In this document: one piece after another, positions 10,938-20,177 of the stretch | Layout: the number at the start of each line of letters is the position of its first letter | Numbering within the stretch: the first letter of the stretch is position 1 | Origin: an uncultured Gammaproteobacteria bacterium | Lineage (GTDB): Bacteria; Patescibacteriota; Microgenomatia; UBA12405 | Reading direction: 5' to 3' | DNA: 64,000 bases | Assembly: GCA_964463925.1 (NCBI GenBank) | Contig: CAYXDV010000003.1 | Span: 19,455-83,454, forward strand | Position numbers and translations under genes: made by a program | The notes under the pieces: model-generated | Database searches by the model: none | The model's input: only the letters and a program-made list of their open reading frames with translations | What the model was told of the DNA's origin: nothing

Positions 10938-12056
10938 ATGCAAAAGACAAAAACATTTTTTATTCAGACTTATGGCTGTATTCAGAACCAGTCTGATTCC
11001 GAAAGGATAAAAGCCTTCTATCAGGAACAAATGATGTTGGAAGTGGATGATTGGAAGCTGGCAGATCTGGTAATCATAAATACTTGCATCGTGCGGGAAT
11101 CGGCCGAAAATAGAGCATTTGGACTGGTCAACAAGATTGATATTTATCGAAAGGAACAAAATAAAAAGATAGAGATAGTTGTTACTGGTTGTTTACCTGG
11201 AGTTGCTCATCATGTTACAACGGCTGCTGAAAGGAAGAAGAAGGTTGAGGAACTTTATAAAAGATTTCCGCAAGTTGACAAGTTCTTGCCAACTGAAGAG
11301 ATCAGCTTTTGGCTGGATCCGATCCGAGATAAAAAAAGAGCAGGCATGATAACGATTAGTACTGGCTGCAATAATTTTTGTAGTTTTTGTATTGTGCCCA
11401 TGGCTCGTGGCAGAGAAAAATCAAGGCCAATGAATGAAATTTTGGAGGAATCTGCCAGGCTAATAACAGATGGATTTGAAGAAGTAGTTTTGATCGGTCA
11501 AAATGTTAATTCGTATGGCAATGATTTGATAGACAAGAAAATTTTAACTAAGAATATGGGTAAAACGAGATTCACTACCCTGTTTCCAGAATTGCTTGAA
11601 AATATTGCCAAAATGGGCTTTAAAAAGGTTAGTTTTGTAAGCAGTAATCCTTGGGATTTTTCTGATGAACTGATTGAAATAATAGCAAAATACCCAAATA
11701 TAAATAGAACAATACACCTGCCTGTGCAATCTGGGGATGATGAAGTTCTTAAGAAAATGAAACGAGCTTATACAGCTAGTCAATATTTAGATTTAATTGG
11801 AAAAATACGCGAAAAAGTTGCTGGGATTGAATTTACCACCGATGTAATTATTGGTTTTTGTGATGAGAGCGAAGAACAATTTCAACACACAATAGATTTG
11901 TGCAACAAAGTCGGTTTTAAAATGGTGTATTTAAATAAATATTCACCGAGAAAAGGGACTTTTTCTGCTGCAAATTACCCAGATAATGTGCCTAGCGAGA
12001 CAAAACACGAACGGTGGCTAAGGGCGGATATCGAAATCAACCACTTTCAGCACTAA
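10938..12056 (+). CDS. MiaB/RimO-like radical-SAM methylthiotransferase lacking a C-terminal TRAM domain
   Basis: N-terminal MTTase motif FIQTYGCIQNQSDSE, radical SAM CNNFCSFC. At 372 aa it ends directly after the radical SAM core. Confidence 0.85.
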   Translation: MQKTKTFFIQTYGCIQNQSDSERIKAFYQEQMMLEVDDWKLADLVIINTCIVRESAENRAFGLVNKIDIYRKEQNKKIEIVVTGCLPGVAHHVTTAAERKKKVEELYKRFPQVDKFLPTEEISFWLDPIRDKKRAGMITISTGCNNFCSFCIVPMARGREKSRPMNEILEESARLITDGFEEVVLIGQNVNSYGNDLIDKKILTKNMGKTRFTTLFPELLENIAKMGFKKVSFVSSNPWDFSDELIEIIAKYPNINRTIHLPVQSGDDEVLKKMKRAYTASQYLDLIGKIREKVAGIEFTTDVIIGFCDESEEQFQHTIDLCNKVGFKMVYLNKYSPRKGTFSAANYPDNVPSETKHERWLRADIEINHFQH

Positions 12057-12083
12057 CTATCACTTTATAAATGGCGAGGGAGA

Positions 12084-13163
12084 CTATTCAAACAATTCGG
12101 CAATGCTTTTACTTTTTATTTTAGTTATTCCACTTTCCTGAACTGGGATGTAGTGTATGTAAGCATCTTTAAACGATTGTCTAGTCCACGTTTTTTTCTC
12201 ATCTAAAATATAGGATCGGCTAACAGCATAATGGCTTCTTAAATTTTGACTTTCGATAATAATTGGCCTTTCTGTTCTAACTTGTATCCCATCTTTTTCG
12301 CTGTTTACTTCCAAACTTATGTGTGAATAATAGCGTAGCAATTTAGAAACATCGGCATCTATTTGCTTTGGCATAGATAATGCGTTTATACCTATTTCAA
12401 GTGCAGTTTTATGATCGATTGGATAACTATGGGTTGGGAAATTGTCATTTAAAGAATCAACAATTTTGCTAATTCTCTCATCATCGTTTATGTGACCTTT
12501 AAGGATATCTCTGGTTAACATTTTTGAGAGGTATAGTGAGCGCTGAATTGTTCCTAATACCAGGGGATGAACATGTTGCGATAGGATAGCTTGTGGTGTT
12601 TTTGTTATATCACTGTTATTGCCCACAATCATCCCCTCGGACATCAACTCTAAATATTTTTGAATTTGTGTGATCTCGACTCTAACAGGATAACCGTCAT
12701 TACCTTTTGGCGCCAATTGATGATTAGCTATACTTGTATCAATTGGGGATAAAGATGACATAGCACTCATATAGATGACATCTCCAACAAGGGAAAGCAT
12801 AGTGCATGCAGATGATGCTCTTGCTGGTACTAAAACTTCAACTGACGAATAATAATCTCTGATCAAAGATGCGATTCTTTTAGCTGCAATTCCACTACCT
12901 CCCGGTCCTGTAACAAAAAGTGTTAATTTTTCACTTTTATTGGCTATGCGGTATAAATGTGCATGTATAGTTGCAACTTCATCTTCAGACAGACTACTTG
13001 TGTCTGAAATATATAACGACAAAAAGTCACCCCCAACTTTACTGGAAATGCTTTTGATCAATGATTGAGTTTCGTTCCATCTTGGAACTCCATTAGTATC
13101 CATTGGAATTAAAAACTCACTTCCTTGTGTTTGGTTTGGTGTATTATTACTGTCAGTATTCAT
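12084..13163 (-). CDS. ClpP/crotonase-fold serine protease of the SDH (serine dehydrogenase proteinase / S49-like) family
   Basis: LFVTGPGGSGIAAKRIASLI...PARASSACTMLSLVGDVIYMSAMSSLSPIDTSI matches the hTPGG...A.SAGT...LGPIDP pattern of that family. Confidence 0.5.
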   Translation of the reverse strand: MNTDSNNTPNQTQGSEFLIPMDTNGVPRWNETQSLIKSISSKVGGDFLSLYISDTSSLSEDEVATIHAHLYRIANKSEKLTLFVTGPGGSGIAAKRIASLIRDYYSSVEVLVPARASSACTMLSLVGDVIYMSAMSSLSPIDTSIANHQLAPKGNDGYPVRVEITQIQKYLELMSEGMIVGNNSDITKTPQAILSQHVHPLVLGTIQRSLYLSKMLTRDILKGHINDDERISKIVDSLNDNFPTHSYPIDHKTALEIGINALSMPKQIDADVSKLLRYYSHISLEVNSEKDGIQVRTERPIIIESQNLRSHYAVSRSYILDEKKTWTRQSFKDAYIHYIPVQESGITKIKSKSIAELFE

Positions 13164-13180
13164 GTTAAGAGTATAGCAAA

Positions 13181-14098
13181 CTATCTTAAGTATTTTGCAA
13201 TGTTTTGGTTATGTTCAGATAAGGTAATGGCATAGTGCGGGGTTCCATTTGGCTCATGTAGATAAAAATAATAGTCACTTTTTATTGGATTCTTGGCTGC
13301 TATTAGCGAGTTTAAGCTTGGGTTACAAATTGGTGTGGGTGGTAATCCGACGTTTAGATAAGTATTGTATGGAGAGGGCAGTTTTAAATCAGATTTTATT
13401 ATTGGCAGCCAATATGTTTTTGGACGAGGCAGTTGGGAATCCCTGGCATACTGAACACTAGCGTCAACCTGAAGAGGCATGCCTGTTTGAAGGCGGTTTT
13501 TTAAAATTCCAGAAATTACTTTTTTATCTTCCAAAGAGCTACCTTCACGTTCTAACAAGGATGCTAAGATAACATCTTCTCCGGCTAGATTGAGATTGGC
13601 GGTTTTCTGTTTATAGTTTTTGTCCACTTGAGATAAAAATTCGTCTAAATTGTAATAATCGGGAACTAAATAAGTGTCTGGAAATAGGCTACCTGTTTTC
13701 CTTTTTATCAATAACTCATCTTTACCATAGGGGAGGGATAGCTCTTCGTTGCGACTTCCTTCTGATATTTTTACCCACAAATCAGTACTTCCTTTACTTG
13801 AAAGCTTTTTTATTATTTCAGTACTTCCCATTGACGGTGATAAACGAAAAGTGCCTGCCTGCAATTTACTAGACAAACCTAGCAATCGTGAATGAATTAA
13901 GAATACGTAAGTATTTTTGATTAGGTGATTTTGTGACAAACGTGTAGCAATAGTAGCTACACTTTCACCAGAATTAACAACAAAGTCCTGTTTTTTAGTT
14001 TGAGAAGGATTTATGGCCTTTAAACTATAGGAATAAAAAGCAAAAATACAAATAAAAGTCAGCCCGACAATAGTTAGAAAGTAATAGACATACTTCAT
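13181..14098 (-). CDS. mltG: Endolytic murein transglycosylase MltG (YceG-like)
   Basis: N-terminal TM segment, then an F.V..GES...IA..L....I..........L......LQAGTFRL...M YceG signature. C-terminal ...YYFYLHEPNGTPHYAITLSEHNQN. Confidence 0.85.
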   Translation of the reverse strand: MKYVYYFLTIVGLTFICIFAFYSYSLKAINPSQTKKQDFVVNSGESVATIATRLSQNHLIKNTYVFLIHSRLLGLSSKLQAGTFRLSPSMGSTEIIKKLSSKGSTDLWVKISEGSRNEELSLPYGKDELLIKRKTGSLFPDTYLVPDYYNLDEFLSQVDKNYKQKTANLNLAGEDVILASLLEREGSSLEDKKVISGILKNRLQTGMPLQVDASVQYARDSQLPRPKTYWLPIIKSDLKLPSPYNTYLNVGLPPTPICNPSLNSLIAAKNPIKSDYYFYLHEPNGTPHYAITLSEHNQNIAKYLR

Positions 14099-14104
14099 GG
14101 AATT

Positions 14105-14302
14105 CTAGACCTCTTCTAACAGGGCACGACGATAGTTTCCGGATTTATCTAGAACATAAAGACGGGTGCATTTGGGGCATTTTACAATATCTTGCCCGTG
14201 CACATTTCTTTTATTCCCCTTTTCTAATTGGCTACCACAGCCAACACAACGGTCTTGAGACATAAGCCACATTTGAAGAGGGGAAATTAGTTTTTTGTAC
14301 AT
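14105..14302 (-). CDS. Small zinc-ribbon protein (CxxC...CxxC), hypothetical
   Basis: 65 aa; CVGCGS...CPKCT pairs. Sits between mltG and ruvX as small DUF proteins do in the Firmicutes alaS-ruvX-mltG cluster. Confidence 0.5.
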   Translation of the reverse strand: MYKKLISPLQMWLMSQDRCVGCGSQLEKGNKRNVHGQDIVKCPKCTRLYVLDKSGNYRRALLEEV

Positions 14303-14328
14303 ATTACTAATGATAACAGAGAATAAGA

Positions 14329-14772
14329 CTAGTTTCCCAAAAAGCGAGATAGTATGACGGCAGCGGCGGCTGAATCGACTGGAATTTTAAGATATTTTTT
14401 ATGGTAATTTCGATTATTTTTTACTATTTGGGTAGCTTCGTAAGTAGATACATTTTCATCTGCCAGATGGACAAGTAAGCCAGTGGCAGTTTGAATTTGG
14501 GATTTAAAGTCTAAAATTTGGCTGTAATTGGGACTTTGGGTATATCCCAGGACTAGCTCCCCTATTTTGTAATCGCTAATTAGTTTTTTTAAATGAGCAA
14601 GCGGGTTTTGAGTAGAAGATAAAATTGGCCCTGGCTGAACGATTCCGTGAATAGCAATGGCAGTACCAATCCTTTTTTTGCCGAAATCAAGCGATAAATA
14701 ATTCACTGTTAATAATCTATTAAACGCGATTTGATAACCAAACGCCGCAAATAAGTTCCTGGGGGATGACAA
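14329..14772 (-). CDS. ruvX: Holliday junction resolvase-like nuclease RuvX/YqgF
   Basis: LSLDFGKKRIGTAIA matches the RuvX LGLDlGtKRIGvA motif; likely TTG start; conserved position next to mltG and alaS. Confidence 0.8.
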   Translation of the reverse strand: MSSPRNLFAAFGYQIAFNRLLTVNYLSLDFGKKRIGTAIAIHGIVQPGPILSSTQNPLAHLKKLISDYKIGELVLGYTQSPNYSQILDFKSQIQTATGLLVHLADENVSTYEATQIVKNNRNYHKKYLKIPVDSAAAAVILSRFLGN

Positions 14773-15440
14773 GTTACCAATGTCAAATATTTTGAATCAA
14801 ACCTCTGCTCTAATACAGACAGGTCAGTTGCGGATACTTCATAAATATCTTCAACCTGATATTTATATTTAATGTTGTCGTAATCAATTAAAATTTCATC
14901 CCCTTCCTTTAATTTATAGAGTGTGGAAAAAATTGTCATATAATTTTTGGGGTTAAAAAATTGCGGTAAAACTGAATGGCCAAAAATAACTGGCGAGCCA
15001 AGCTGGCCCGGCAGGGCAGTTTGTCCATAGTGGACCAAGCTGGCCTTTAGATCCTGGCCGCCAATAGTAACTACTGCCTGATTGATTTTTAGTTTGGGAA
15101 TAGTTAGGGTGTAAGTTGATCCAACTGGGCTATCTAGGACGCCAAGATTGGCTTTGGCTGGACTTGCTGTAAACCAGTTATTTATCTGGGTTAAGTCTGT
15201 AGTTTCTTCTGTCCCCTGTTCGGCTTGAGTGTAATAGTTAGCAGACAGGGGACTTAAGATTTGACGGAATGAATTGTCTGATATTTGGAAACGAAGAATA
15301 GGTATAACTGCCCAGAGTATTAAAAACAGTCCAATTCCAAACAGTGGAAGGGCCAACATTTTTGGCTTTTTTGTTCTAAGAGATTGTGGCGAACTGGTTA
15401 CTGCTGGTTCTTGAGATTGATTTAAATAAATATATCCCAT
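14709..15440 (-). CDS. Sortase family transpeptidase (membrane-anchored)
   Basis: N-terminal TM LALPLFGIGLFLILWAVIPIL; catalytic TLxTC motif LTLVTCHP near the C-terminus; beta-barrel-type sequence in between. Confidence 0.8.
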   Translation of the reverse strand: MGYIYLNQSQEPAVTSSPQSLRTKKPKMLALPLFGIGLFLILWAVIPILRFQISDNSFRQILSPLSANYYTQAEQGTEETTDLTQINNWFTASPAKANLGVLDSPVGSTYTLTIPKLKINQAVVTIGGQDLKASLVHYGQTALPGQLGSPVIFGHSVLPQFFNPKNYMTIFSTLYKLKEGDEILIDYDNIKYKYQVEDIYEVSATDLSVLEQRFDSKYLTLVTCHPPGTYLRRLVIKSRLIDY

Positions 15441-15441
15441 A

Positions 15442-17532
15442 TTAGCTCCCCAAAACTACTAATTGAATTTTCTTACTATCTAATGGAAGTCTATTTAGCA
15501 ACTTTAGAAGCATAGATAATTTATCTAATTTGTAGTCGTAAATACGATTTGAAAAACTACTAATTAGGTTTTTTAAATTACCGGTTGGCTGAAAACGAAG
15601 GTTGTTTGCTAATTTTTCTGTGTCAAATTTTGGCATAGCTTGACCAGAAAGCACTAAAGTACCAGTAGCTTGCTTATCGTCTTGTGTAGTTACGGTGAAA
15701 TTGATGTTTATTTTTTTGGGATCTATTTGTAAATTAGAAAAGCTATCATTTGATTGTAGATAAGCAGCAATTAATTCCTTTTTTGTAGATTCTGATAGAG
15801 CAAAAACGCTGACATTGGCATCAATTGTCCCATCTAAATTATCAGCTTCTTCGTCAATCTGACGACTGTAATCTGTTCGTTTGCGGCCAATTTTCAAAGT
15901 TGCTGGCAGAATATTTGGGGAGTCTGATTCCTTTTTTATGGTCTCATCTAGATTTGATTTTATTTTTTCTTGCAATTGGGCGTCTAATTTTGCTTTGTCG
16001 TCTTTACTGACTACTGTAATATCACGGCTAGTACCGCCAGTAAACGGCTCATTGGCCTTAGCTAAAAGAGAGCTGGAACTAGTATCAATCGTAAGTGGTG
16101 TATCTTTGGACAAATTACTTTCCGGACCTATAACATCAGCAGTCAATATGGCTTTTGTTTGACCCATTGTAATTACTCCAGTGTTTAGATTTGGCTCTGA
16201 AGGAGCTACAGAAGTCAGGTTCCCTAAAAGGAAGCGGTGGGATAGAGAATCTTTGAAAACTGTCCCCTTTGGAAGGGTTACTGCCTTTTCAGATTTATTA
16301 AAAATTACAACTTCTCCCTTGGATTTTTCGCCAGTTGCTTTTTTACCGGTGGTATTTGTGCTGGCTTTGGCCTGAACTTGGCTTGTTTTAAGATCTACTG
16401 GAATTATCCCTTTTTGGGTGGAGATGCTTGTAGTTGTACTATCGAGTTGTACTTTTTTTGAAATATTTACTGGTTGGGAATTAACTAAAAGGGTAATGTT
16501 TGCCGAGGATTTAAAAAGAGCGATAGCAAAGACAAATAATAAAAATAAGCTAATTACAGAAGCAAAAATTGGTAATTTACCTGCACTGTTTATGGAAAAA
16601 TTTAGTTTTGGCAATTGTACTTTTGGCAGATTTAGAGTCTTTGTGGTTTCAGCTTCAGTCTTAACGATAACTGGTACTGGGCCAAAACCCAAAACTTCAG
16701 GCTCGACTTCATTGATCTGATTTATTTGATTTGGAAGCGTCGGAACATTTGGAGTAATGGTTTCTGACGAGGATAATATTGGCTCTACTGGAGATATAGC
16801 AAACAAATGCCCCACAATAAATTCGGCATACATTTGAACTATTTGCCCTGAATTGTATCTAATTAAGCTTGGCAATTGGGAAAAAAGTTCTCGGCCACCA
16901 TGGGTTGACCAATTGTGTCTTACTAATTGGTCAAAAAGCTGACTGTCTAGCATGTCACCAAAAATAACAACTCTAGATGGCAAAATACCGGCTGCCTTTA
17001 GTTGGAACATACAATCTTCAATGAGTTTTGGTGTCAGATCGCTTAGATTGGAAAAAGTAGAAGTGGCCCGTTCCCGAATTTTACCGCCGGCAATTAAAGA
17101 AACTTCTATGTAGTTTGAAAATATCTGAGCTAAAATCAGATTTAAACTGTCGGGTTGATTATTTTGCAGGTATTCAGATAGTGCCTCGTCATAACTAGAG
17201 AATCCCATCGGTTGAAGCTGAAGCTCGGTGCAAGCAAAATCAATTATGTGTTTTTTGTCTGGTAATATTTTTCCATCAGTTCCCACCCAAGATGGCGACA
17301 AGATGAAAGCTACTTTACTATTAGGACTATTTTGATGGTCTTCCAGAAGTTGTTTACAGCCAGAAAGTGATACTTCAATAGCTTGAGTCAGGCTTTGGGC
17401 GGTTCCATCCCAAGATTGAGTCATGCCCGTTGCAACTACACGTATAGTTTTTTCTTGTGAATCAGCTTCAATTGCATGCAGAGCAACTGTGTTATCGTAT
17501 AAAGTTACGAGCCAAAATAAGGTACTGGTCAT
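15442..17532 (-). CDS. Hypothetical 696-aa bitopic membrane protein with a PilM/GspL-like cytoplasmic N-domain, one TM helix, and a Ser/Thr-rich extracytoplasmic C-domain
   Basis: N-domain segment KVAFILSPSWVGTDGKILPDKKHIIDFACTELQLQ...YDEALSEYLQ aligns with the PilM SHS2 region and with the N-domain of the partial ORF at 1..1219. TM segment LPIFASVISLFLLFVFAIALF around aa 320. Confidence 0.5.
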   Translation of the reverse strand: MTSTLFWLVTLYDNTVALHAIEADSQEKTIRVVATGMTQSWDGTAQSLTQAIEVSLSGCKQLLEDHQNSPNSKVAFILSPSWVGTDGKILPDKKHIIDFACTELQLQPMGFSSYDEALSEYLQNNQPDSLNLILAQIFSNYIEVSLIAGGKIRERATSTFSNLSDLTPKLIEDCMFQLKAAGILPSRVVIFGDMLDSQLFDQLVRHNWSTHGGRELFSQLPSLIRYNSGQIVQMYAEFIVGHLFAISPVEPILSSSETITPNVPTLPNQINQINEVEPEVLGFGPVPVIVKTEAETTKTLNLPKVQLPKLNFSINSAGKLPIFASVISLFLLFVFAIALFKSSANITLLVNSQPVNISKKVQLDSTTTSISTQKGIIPVDLKTSQVQAKASTNTTGKKATGEKSKGEVVIFNKSEKAVTLPKGTVFKDSLSHRFLLGNLTSVAPSEPNLNTGVITMGQTKAILTADVIGPESNLSKDTPLTIDTSSSSLLAKANEPFTGGTSRDITVVSKDDKAKLDAQLQEKIKSNLDETIKKESDSPNILPATLKIGRKRTDYSRQIDEEADNLDGTIDANVSVFALSESTKKELIAAYLQSNDSFSNLQIDPKKININFTVTTQDDKQATGTLVLSGQAMPKFDTEKLANNLRFQPTGNLKNLISSFSNRIYDYKLDKLSMLLKLLNRLPLDSKKIQLVVLGS

Positions 17533-19304
17533 TAATCCAGCTTAGCATAAATACGGCGAATCCCGCCAGAAACACTTTCCTCTTTATATATAGTAAAATG
17601 ACCAATTTCGGCAGTATGTAAAACATGGGGACCTGTACAGACTTCCTTGGAAAAATCACCAACAGAATAAACACTCACAATTTCTGGATAACGCGCTTTG
17701 AAAAAAGCCAATGCCCCTTCTGCTTGGGCCCTGATAAGGGGCATAGTTTCCATTACTACTGGCAGATTCTCTTCAATTTTCTGATTGACCAAATCTTCTA
17801 CGTCCTGTTTTTGTTTATCACTTAGCTTTCCACCAGTGTAAGTAAAATCGAAGCGGATTCTTTCACTGGTATTGTTGCTACCGTCCTGATGAGTTTCCTT
17901 TCCTAGAACTTGGCGCAAAGCGGCCTGAAGCAAATGAGTGGCCGTATGCATTCTGGTTAGAAGTTCAGTATGGTCGGCAAGTCCGGATTTAAACTTTCCG
18001 GCCGATAAGCTTCTGGAAGCATCTTGATGAATTTGTTTTTGTTGATTAAAAGATTCCAAATCCAACTCTAAATTGTGTTTTTTTAGCTCCTCTTGAATTA
18101 GTTCTACTGGGAAACCATATGATTCATACAATTTGAAAGCTTCCTGACCATTTACTGTTTGGTTTTTAGTGATTAACTTATCAATTTCTTTTAGACCTAA
18201 TTGAATTGTGTTTTTAAATTTTTGTTCTTCTTGCAACAATACTTGGATGGTTTTTTCTTTATTCTGATCAAGTTCTGGATAATTTCCAGCATAATTTGTT
18301 TGATTGGCGTAAACAGCTTCAACAATAGGACGGATACTGGGAATGTTTAGAAATAAACATTGACGAACCGAGCGACGAATTAGACGGCGTAATACATACC
18401 CAGATTCTTTATTGGCCGGAACTACACCATCAGTAGCTATGAAGACAGCAGCCCGTAAATGGTCCGCTAAAATTCTCATACTTTGGGTATAATTTGTTGA
18501 CTCTCCATATTTTCTATTAGATAAGTTTTCAATTTGGAGAATAATTGGCTGCCAAATTTGACTAAGATAGTCGTCAGCATAGCCGTTTAAAATAGCTACA
18601 GTTCTTTCCACACCCATACCAGTGTCTACATTTTGTTGGGAGAGAACTTCGTAGGTACCTGATTGAGTTTTAGAATATTGCATAAAAACATTGTTCCAAA
18701 TTTCCACATAACGATTTGCCTTATTACCAATTTTAAAATCAACTTTGGGAAGGGATGGGGTGGTGTCTATAAAAATTTCTGAATCCGGTCCACACGGCCC
18801 TGTGGTGCCAGCAGGACCCCACCAATTATCAGTTTTTGGCAAGAACATGATCCTGTCTTCAGGTATACCTAAATCACGCCAAATTTGGAAACTTTGTAAA
18901 TCTTTTGGGGCATTTTCGTCACCGGCAAAACAGGTTACAAAAATGTCATTTGGATTTATCCCAAGCAAAGTAGTCAGGAATTCCAAACTCCAGCTAAGTG
19001 ACTCTTTTTTGAAATAATCTCCAAGTGACCAGTTGCCAAGCATTTCAAAAAACGTGTGGTGGGTAGTGTCCCCAACTTCATCAATATCTCCAGTCCTTAC
19101 ACATTTTTGAACATTTACCAGTCTTTTGCCTTGAGGATGCGGCTGTCCAAGTAGATAGGGCACCAAGGGGTGCATACCAGCAGATATGAAGAGTGTTGTT
19201 GGGTCGTTTTCTGGTAATAGCGAGGCAGAATTAATTTCCTGATGATTTTTTTTTATAAAAAAATCTACAAACAATTGTTTTAGAGATCGACCCGTAATGA
19301 CCAT
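17532..19304 (-). CDS. alaS: Alanyl-tRNA synthetase, short form (catalytic plus editing domains, no C-Ala domain)
   Basis: DPTTLFISAGM...FFEMLGNWSLGDYFK class-II AlaRS N-terminus; editing-domain HTATHLL motif; at 590 aa it ends after the editing domain. Confidence 0.9.
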   Translation of the reverse strand: MVITGRSLKQLFVDFFIKKNHQEINSASLLPENDPTTLFISAGMHPLVPYLLGQPHPQGKRLVNVQKCVRTGDIDEVGDTTHHTFFEMLGNWSLGDYFKKESLSWSLEFLTTLLGINPNDIFVTCFAGDENAPKDLQSFQIWRDLGIPEDRIMFLPKTDNWWGPAGTTGPCGPDSEIFIDTTPSLPKVDFKIGNKANRYVEIWNNVFMQYSKTQSGTYEVLSQQNVDTGMGVERTVAILNGYADDYLSQIWQPIILQIENLSNRKYGESTNYTQSMRILADHLRAAVFIATDGVVPANKESGYVLRRLIRRSVRQCLFLNIPSIRPIVEAVYANQTNYAGNYPELDQNKEKTIQVLLQEEQKFKNTIQLGLKEIDKLITKNQTVNGQEAFKLYESYGFPVELIQEELKKHNLELDLESFNQQKQIHQDASRSLSAGKFKSGLADHTELLTRMHTATHLLQAALRQVLGKETHQDGSNNTSERIRFDFTYTGGKLSDKQKQDVEDLVNQKIEENLPVVMETMPLIRAQAEGALAFFKARYPEIVSVYSVGDFSKEVCTGPHVLHTAEIGHFTIYKEESVSGGIRRIYAKLD

Positions 19305-19320
19305 GGGCTAGTATAACAAA

Positions 19321-19548
19321 TTACTTCCTACGGTAAGATTTGATACTTTTTACAACAAAATCTTTGATATCAAACCACTCAAGCGGACGCAAAGAAGTGG
19401 CAAAATTTTCAACTTTATTAGCAGTAAGATTAATTTTTCGAGTTATGTTGTAAATCTGTGAAAAGATAACCACCAGAATAGCAGCAAGAAAAATAGCAAT
19501 TGTTGTTAAAATAACTAAACAAATAGCAATTACTGATTGAGTGTCCAT
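19321..19548 (-). CDS. Small membrane protein (DUF948-like), hypothetical
   Basis: 75 aa; single N-terminal TM AICLVILTTIAIFLAAILVVIF followed by a charged tail. Confidence 0.45.
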   Translation of the reverse strand: MDTQSVIAICLVILTTIAIFLAAILVVIFSQIYNITRKINLTANKVENFATSLRPLEWFDIKDFVVKSIKSYRRK

Positions 19549-19566
19549 AATTTATTAAAAACCAAA

Positions 19567-20172
19567 TTATGGCTTTTGTATAGTACGAGAATCCTTTATG
19601 GTTTTTCCATTGCGACCCTTGGCTTCAACAGTTATTTGATTATCCCCACTTCCCAGAAATAGTTCCTTGCTAAATTTTCCGTCAGTTACAATAACCAAAT
19701 CTTGGTTGATACGAACAGTGGCATCATCTGATGTGTAGCCGTTAAGTTGAATAGAATTCTGTAATATGGGGGGTTGCGGCCAGTTAACAACTAGCTTTGG
19801 TGGTTTGTTAAATTGAGAATAAGAGTAGTAAATGTAAAGGGTAAAAACTGAGATAATCAGCCCTAATCCAAGTTTGAAAACTCTTTGTGGGGTAAGAATA
19901 TCGGTATGCATTTTTGGAATGTGAGATTTTGATTGAAAAGACTCATAATCACGACGAAACAAAGCTAGGATATTGTCTTGATTTAGCCCAAGAAAACCAG
20001 CATAATTGCGGACGTGGAAGGAACAATAAGGCTCTGGTGGATAATCTTGATATTTTTCATTTTCAAAAGCTAGTATATAGCGAAGCGGTGTTTTTATTTT
20101 ACGACTAGCTTCTTCTGCACTAAAACCAAGCTGTTGACGACTCTGTTTTAATAAAGAGGCAACCGTATACAT
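19567..20172 (-). CDS. RodZ-like HTH-domain membrane protein
   Basis: N-terminal XRE-type HTH (LLKQSRQQLGFSAEEASRKIKTPLRYILAFE), central TM LGLGLIISVFTLYIYY, C-terminal beta-rich domain. Confidence 0.6.
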   Translation of the reverse strand: MYTVASLLKQSRQQLGFSAEEASRKIKTPLRYILAFENEKYQDYPPEPYCSFHVRNYAGFLGLNQDNILALFRRDYESFQSKSHIPKMHTDILTPQRVFKLGLGLIISVFTLYIYYSYSQFNKPPKLVVNWPQPPILQNSIQLNGYTSDDATVRINQDLVIVTDGKFSKELFLGSGDNQITVEAKGRNGKTIKDSRTIQKP

Positions 20173-20177
20173 AACAT

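Noticed and set aside
10902-11159. Long N-terminal extension of ORF 10386..11159
   Set aside because: It would overlap the MiaB-like gene by more than 200 nt on the opposite strand. The extension (MFLSININLVDQSKCSIFGRF...) looks non-protein-like. An internal start is preferred.
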